From: Ignavibacteriota bacterium
GTDB lineage: Bacteria > Bacteroidota > Ignavibacteria > UBA10030 > UBA6906
Length of the DNA stretch: 18,822 bases
Assembly: GCA_963801355.1 (NCBI GenBank)
Contig: CAWDEM010000002.1
Span: 1 to 18,822, forward strand
Reading direction: 5' to 3'
Below, piece by piece: positions 14,203 through 18,822 of this stretch. The notes beneath the pieces were generated by a model, which was not told where the DNA came from, made no database searches, and saw nothing but the letters and a program-made list of their open reading frames with translations. A program made the translations under genes and the position numbers. Position 1 is the stretch's first letter, and each line of letters starts with the position of its first letter.

Positions 14203-17032
14203 CGTGCGATGCCTCCCTGCCGCGAATCATCTCGTGCAGTATCGCATCAAAGGAAGCTTCAGTCCGGATGGAGTACATCTGCGTCGGATGCACCGTACGA
14301 TCGAACAACCGGTGTGTGAATGCCTCCTCCCGGCGCTTCAAGGAATCCTTGTAGAATTCCTTCTCCAGGCTGCGCGCAAGTGTCTTTCCATTGTCATTCC
14401 GCGCCAGCGCGCAATACTCTTCGGCAAGGGATAGGCGGTCCATGTACCGTTGACGGAACACCGCGATACGTGCAGGTAAGAATTCCTTCAGCAACAGTTG
14501 CCGCGCGTGCTCTTCGTGCAGGTCTTCCTGAAGCGGCGTGCGTATCGACGAAGCTTCTTTCTCAACCAGCCCGGTAACTATGTCTTCCAATGTCTTCCAC
14601 GCATATGATGCGTGATCCGCAGGAGCCTTTGTACGTACGGAGGTGTAGGAAGTGCGCCTGTACTGCGCCGACTCTTCGGCGATGATACGATTGAGATCAA
14701 TGAGCACACGTCGCGTTTTGTTCTGCAGAACCGTCGCCGGGTCCGTGCCGCCGAGTGTCAGACGGAATGCTTTTCTGCCGGTGTCAAAGCCCTTCTCGGT
14801 TCTCGCAAATGTCGAAAGCGGAACCATTCCGATCCCCTGTCGTGCAAGCCCCGAACCGACCCAATCAAGCGACAGGCCTGCAGGAAGTTTGTCGATGATC
14901 ATCAGGGGATACATGCTTCCTGTGGGGGGCTCGATGTGAATCCCGAACGGATTTCTGTCGGCGGGAAGGTTGCGCAGAGCCGAGGTCAATGCCTCCATCC
15001 GTTCATACAGGAGAGTATTCCTCAGCCTCCAGTATGCGCGCGTCGTCTCCAGGGAATTGCGATAGAAGAGATACGAGAGAAGAATCGCCCCCGTGTTCGG
15101 TCTTATTGAAGAAAGAATCGCGCAGAAGCGCTCACGAAGGGCTGCATCCCTGATCTCAACAACCGAGAGCCTTGCACCGGCCATGCAATCGGTTTTGGAC
15201 ATCGAATGCACCGTTACAAGCCGGCTTGCCTGTCGTGAAGTCAGGCCGCCCGTCGCTACCTGTTCATCCGCAATCTGACGCAATGTCGGGATTTCCGGTA
15301 GATCCGTCAACGGCGCTACGTTCTGGTAGGAAAGATCGTCAATCACGGTGATCTCCTTCCCCAGCAACTTCTGCAAGAGCTCCTTGACGGTGGCAATCTT
15401 GAAGACCCTTCCGGTGGCGTTGTGCGGGTTGTTCAGGACCACTGCACCATGGTTGCTCCATGTTGCATCGCCGCGCAGGCGCTCCTCCACTGCATTCACA
15501 ATACCATCCCCGTCCAGATCCAGGTCCGCCGTGAGAGGTACAGCGTACGTCGCCGGGAAGCAATGCTCGTATGTCCAGCTCAGATCCGGCATCACCACAT
15601 CTGTGATTCCGCAATGGAAGCCCAGCAGACTCAACGCCGTTCGTGCTGAGCCGCTCACAACAATACAGCTGCGCTGATCATACTCCGGGTGGTGCCGGAC
15701 AAAGGCAGCAATCAACGACTGCTCCAGATCGGTATGCCACTGCGGATCATTAACGTTAGCCGCCAGGGTGTTCACAAGTTCCCGCGGGTCATAATGCAGG
15801 AAGTGATCGAATGGCAGGTCCGGCATGTGTGCCGGAACACTTTCCAGAATGCGGTTGACCCGTGCATCGATTCCTGCCAGTGCAACGCTGAGCCGTTGTT
15901 CGTGTACGGCAAGCAGTGACTCGACTCTCCTTCCAATCTGTCCGCTTGCCTGCAGAAGCGCTTGCTCGCCGCCTGTGTTAAATCCCGGGGCTTCAAGCGG
16001 CGGCTCAACGGTGAGCGGAGCATAATCTGGCTCTGCGACTCCATGTGGTGTATGATGCTCCAGCAGATACGTGAGCAGTTCCACTTCCGACGCAGACGGG
16101 GTCCCTTTCAGTTGAAAATGCAGAGTCTCGAGCAGTTGGAGGTACTCGGCATTTCCGGCGACGAAGATAGTCGAGAGGGCGGCCAGCCGGGGGGAAAAAA
16201 TGCCCGGCGTAAGAAACCGGATCACGCGGTCAATCAGTCGGGCCTCACGGCCGAGAGAGAGGTGATTGGGCGCATCATTCACTTCGACAAAGAAGATAGG
16301 CGACGCGAGGCTGAGCTGACGGAGTGAGCGGCGCGTTTCCTCGTTCGTGATCGCACCAAGGACAAGGAACAGCGGCCGGGATGGCGCTTCTGTTGTCGTT
16401 GCACGCACACGGCTGAGCGCACCATGTTCATCATCCGGAAGTGTCTCGAACTCCAGGCCGTTGAAAGACTTTATGTGCGGTGGGAGATCAACACGAAACA
16501 GCAGGATTTTTGCAGGCAATGTCGCAAGGAATGCCGAGAGCGCATGGAAGAATACACGGAGCGTTTCGATGCGTCCCCCGGACGCGAGTATGATTTCGCG
16601 GTGCTCCGAGGCCTTGCCGGTGTCATACACGAGAGGCTCCTGTTGTTGCTGGAGCCAGTTGCTGAATGCGAGTACCAGCGAGGGCGGTGTTGCACGCGCA
16701 AAACCACCGCGGGGAAGATATGGTGCGCTTTTGCGGACCAGGTTTACAAACAGATCGAACAGAGGACGGTCCGTATCGGGCCAGTCCAACGCCTGCATCA
16801 TTTTCTCAGGGAATTCATCTGTAAGCTCCTCATCACGTATGGCAAGTCCGGTGATCGCCCTGAGGTATGCCGAAGAGAGACGTGTTTCCTGAACGGGGTT
16901 ACCGATGTGGAAATTCACACGGTCTTCGGGCGCGACGGCCGCGGCAGCTGTGGTCTCGCTGATCTCGGAGACCTTCGCAGCCCTTGTGGGCTTGAGTCGA
17001 AAAACGGTATTGAGGGCAGAAGTGGTCGTCAT
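14165..17032 (-). CDS. Class I/II PLP-dependent aminotransferase (double domain) fused to the start of a PEPC-like domain
   Basis: Motifs LNNPHNATG, VIDDLSY, HSMSKTDCMAGARLS (PLP Lys at 15194-15196), GSMY and AFRL. C-terminal RTVHPTQ resembles PEPC TAHPTE. Start ATG 17032 was chosen because ATG 17149 overlaps the SPFH gene. Confidence 0.85.
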   Translation of the reverse strand: MTTTSALNTVFRLKPTRAAKVSEISETTAAAAVAPEDRVNFHIGNPVQETRLSSAYLRAITGLAIRDEELTDEFPEKMMQALDWPDTDRPLFDLFVNLVRKSAPYLPRGGFARATPPSLVLAFSNWLQQQQEPLVYDTGKASEHREIILASGGRIETLRVFFHALSAFLATLPAKILLFRVDLPPHIKSFNGLEFETLPDDEHGALSRVRATTTEAPSRPLFLVLGAITNEETRRSLRQLSLASPIFFVEVNDAPNHLSLGREARLIDRVIRFLTPGIFSPRLAALSTIFVAGNAEYLQLLETLHFQLKGTPSASEVELLTYLLEHHTPHGVAEPDYAPLTVEPPLEAPGFNTGGEQALLQASGQIGRRVESLLAVHEQRLSVALAGIDARVNRILESVPAHMPDLPFDHFLHYDPRELVNTLAANVNDPQWHTDLEQSLIAAFVRHHPEYDQRSCIVVSGSARTALSLLGFHCGITDVVMPDLSWTYEHCFPATYAVPLTADLDLDGDGIVNAVEERLRGDATWSNHGAVVLNNPHNATGRVFKIATVKELLQKLLGKEITVIDDLSYQNVAPLTDLPEIPTLRQIADEQVATGGLTSRQASRLVTVHSMSKTDCMAGARLSVVEIRDAALRERFCAILSSIRPNTGAILLSYLFYRNSLETTRAYWRLRNTLLYERMEALTSALRNLPADRNPFGIHIEPPTGSMYPLMIIDKLPAGLSLDWVGSGLARQGIGMVPLSTFARTEKGFDTGRKAFRLTLGGTDPATVLQNKTRRVLIDLNRIIAEESAQYRRTSYTSVRTKAPADHASYAWKTLEDIVTGLVEKEASSIRTPLQEDLHEEHARQLLLKEFLPARIAVFRQRYMDRLSLAEEYCALARNDNGKTLARSLEKEFYKDSLKRREEAFTHRLFDRTVHPTQMYSIRTEASFDAILHEMIRGREASHDAALQGSPRPRK

Positions 17033-17045
17033 GAGCCCCGAGAGA

Positions 17046-17087
17046 TTCAACTTTGAGTTCTGAACTGAGAACTCAGAGTTTGGAATT
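17046..17087 (-). repeat. Six degenerate tandem heptamers containing an inverted repeat
   Basis: Minus strand AATTCCA AACTCTG AGTTCTC AGTTCAG AACTCAA AGTTGAA. Inverted repeat TGAGTTCT (17054-17061) / AGAACTCA (17068-17075). Confidence 0.55.
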
Positions 17088-18041
17088 CTTTTTTTGATAC
17101 GCCGCGATAGCCCCCTGCACGAACGTATGGAACATCGCCAGTAGATCATTTCCTTGCACTGTTTCCCCAGGAGAAAGCGACACCACCGTGCGTGCGTTCT
17201 TCAGAGACTGGCTTGCCTCTGCGAGGCGTGCCGCCTGGGGTGTGAGCAGCAGAAGTTCGGGACTCTCCTTCAGCAATCGCATTTCTTCCTTTTCAAACTC
17301 AAGCTGTTTCTTCTTCAGCGCAAGTTCATGTGTTGTCCGTGTTTCGGCCAACATGGCGTCTTGTTCAAGTTCAGACTTCTTGAGATCGTAACGTTTCAAA
17401 GCGAGTTCATGTTCGAGGAGTGCAACCTCTTCGTCCGCCTTCACACGCGCCCTGGCTTCGGTGATGCGGGCTTGCTGGTTCAACGTTTCTGTCTGCTCGA
17501 GAATCCTTGCATGCTCGCGTTGACGCATTGCTTCGGCAATCTGTGTGTTCACCGGCTCAAATGAAGTGATAGCAAGATTTACGATCTCGAGACCGAGCGC
17601 GTTATTGATGTCTTTGAACCGTTGCTGGAGATGCACACGGAGCCCGTCCGAAGATAATTCTTCGATCCCTCTCGCTTCCGTATATTCTTTTGCGTATCCC
17701 AGGAGGAGTGTTTCAAGTTCCTTGCCGGCTCTCGCGACCGAGCCGGCTGTCCAGCCGCCGGCGCGTACGAGGGAGGCGAGGTGGCTCATCGATGCTGCGA
17801 CGGTCACGGCGATCTTGAAGCGCACATCCAGGTTTCCTTTCGCGGATCCCTCGATGGTTTGCGTGAACGAGTGTGCGGTGCGTGTAATGGGAGTGCTGAA
17901 ATGCCGGGGGTAGAAGCGCCCCTTGCGGATGCCGACGCCGTCGTGTGTTTCATACACCACGATTTGATCGGGTTTGCGGAACCGGTACTCGAAGAGCACT
18001 GCCGCTATGATAAGCGCGCCAATGATCAGGGCGAATTCCAT
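17073..18041 (-). CDS. SPFH/band-7 (flotillin-like) membrane protein
   Basis: AGGAGG RBS at 18050-18055, N-terminal TM, FRKPDQIVVY, band-7-like LGLEIVNLAITSF, long E/A/R/K-rich coiled coil. Confidence 0.75.
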   Translation of the reverse strand: MEFALIIGALIIAAVLFEYRFRKPDQIVVYETHDGVGIRKGRFYPRHFSTPITRTAHSFTQTIEGSAKGNLDVRFKIAVTVAASMSHLASLVRAGGWTAGSVARAGKELETLLLGYAKEYTEARGIEELSSDGLRVHLQQRFKDINNALGLEIVNLAITSFEPVNTQIAEAMRQREHARILEQTETLNQQARITEARARVKADEEVALLEHELALKRYDLKKSELEQDAMLAETRTTHELALKKKQLEFEKEEMRLLKESPELLLLTPQAARLAEASQSLKNARTVVSLSPGETVQGNDLLAMFHTFVQGAIAAYQKKNSKL

Positions 18042-18097
18042 GGGGTAATCCTCCTAGGGGAGCTAAATTATAGCCGATCTGGCATCAAATCGCAACA

Positions 18098-18215
18098 GTC
18101 CTCGCGAGGAGCGCTCTCAGCGACGAAGCGACCTCGCTGTCCTTGCGAGTGGCGCCTCGTCGCCGCGAAGCAACCTCACCGTCCTCGCGAGGCCCGAAGG
18201 GCCGCAGTGACCTCG
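18098..18215 (+). repeat. REP-like palindromic repeat cluster 3 (3 tandem units)
   Basis: Units at 18098-18136, 18139-18178 and 18181-18215 share GTCCTYGCGAG...CGMAGYRACCTC with variable inner hairpins. Confidence 0.88.
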
Positions 18216-18822
18216 TCGTTGAAGATCCCATCAAACATCGGCCTTGTGAGCTTTCCCGTGAACGTGTTTTGCTGACTCGGGTGGTATGAGGCAATGAACG
18301 TCAGATCGCCGAAAACGTACATGGCGCCGTGGGCAAACCGGGGCATGGAGGAAATGGCGATCCGGCCGGCGTCACGGTAGGCTCTGATCGCCGCCTCGAA
18401 TCCGACTTTCCCCAAGCCGACGACAACCTTGACGTTCTTCAGAAGGGCAAGTTCCTGGAGAAGGAAATGACGGCACGACGAGATTTCGGCCGCGGTGGGT
18501 TTGTTCTGGGGAGGAGCACAGCGGAGTGTTGCGGTGATGTAGCAACCCTTCAGCCGGAGTCCGTCTTCGCGGTGCACGGACTCCGGCTGATTGGCAAAAC
18601 CTGCATGGTGGAGGGCACGGAAGAGCCAATTGCCGCTCTCGTCGCCGGTAAACATCCGACCGGTGCGGTTTCCCCCGTGGGCTGCAGGAGCCAGGCCCAC
18701 GAGAAGCAACCACGCGTCGGGATCGCCGAAGCCGTTGAGCGGCTTCCCCCAGTACTCCTCGCGGGCAAAGCGGCGCACCTTCTCTGCTGCGGTCGACTCG
18801 CGCCATGCAACGAGCCGGGGGC
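18176..18822 (-). CDS. udgB: Uracil-DNA glycosylase family 5 (UdgB-like), 5' end outside the window
   Basis: The frame is open to the window edge (PRLVAWRE). Motifs GLAPAAHGGNRTGRMFTGDESG, RCAPPQNKP and SYHPSQQNT. Confidence 0.92.
   Translation of the reverse strand, partial: PRLVAWRESTAAEKVRRFAREEYWGKPLNGFGDPDAWLLLVGLAPAAHGGNRTGRMFTGDESGNWLFRALHHAGFANQPESVHREDGLRLKGCYITATLRCAPPQNKPTAAEISSCRHFLLQELALLKNVKVVVGLGKVGFEAAIRAYRDAGRIAISSMPRFAHGAMYVFGDLTFIASYHPSQQNTFTGKLTRPMFDGIFNDEVTAALRASRGR

Noticed and set aside
17033-17149. Upstream start of the aminotransferase ORF at 17149
   Set aside because: It overlaps the SPFH gene by 77 nt and translates the heptamer repeat. ATG 17032 is more plausible.
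18098-18215. Tandem repeats with variable middles (also 1216-1355) resembling a mini-CRISPR array
   Set aside because: The variable parts are self-complementary hairpins of mostly 10-20 nt, the repeats are degenerate and dispersed, and there are no cas genes. This fits REP-like elements.

Overview
An 18.8-kb, mostly GC-rich bacterial chromosomal window. Gene content and style suggest Bacteroidota/Ignavibacteria (inference). From left to right it holds: an orphan membrane sensor kinase; a coiled-coil lipoprotein; a minus-strand, partly AT-rich Dlt/AlgI-like acylation operon (acyl-adenylate ligase, ACP, MBOAT ending in FIYFQF, SGNH/DltD-like protein) with a long structured leader; a small holin-like membrane protein; a NarL-type two-component pair; two small hypothetical genes; a giant PLP-aminotransferase plus PEP-carboxylase-like locus; an SPFH protein; and a family-5 uracil-DNA glycosylase cut by the window edge. 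The most striking item is the 11434-17032 locus. It reads as one roughly 1,865-aa protein made of a degenerate and an intact class I/II aminotransferase domain fused to a highly divergent PEP carboxylase. It is split by a single frameshift inside the PEPC domain: the TVHPT catalytic-His motif is in the upstream ORF and all other PEPC motifs are in the downstream ORF. Seven co-oriented REP-like palindromes with covarying stems occur in three clusters; two of them supply the C-terminus and the stop codon of the UDG. No rRNA, tRNA, CRISPR array or transposase was seen.
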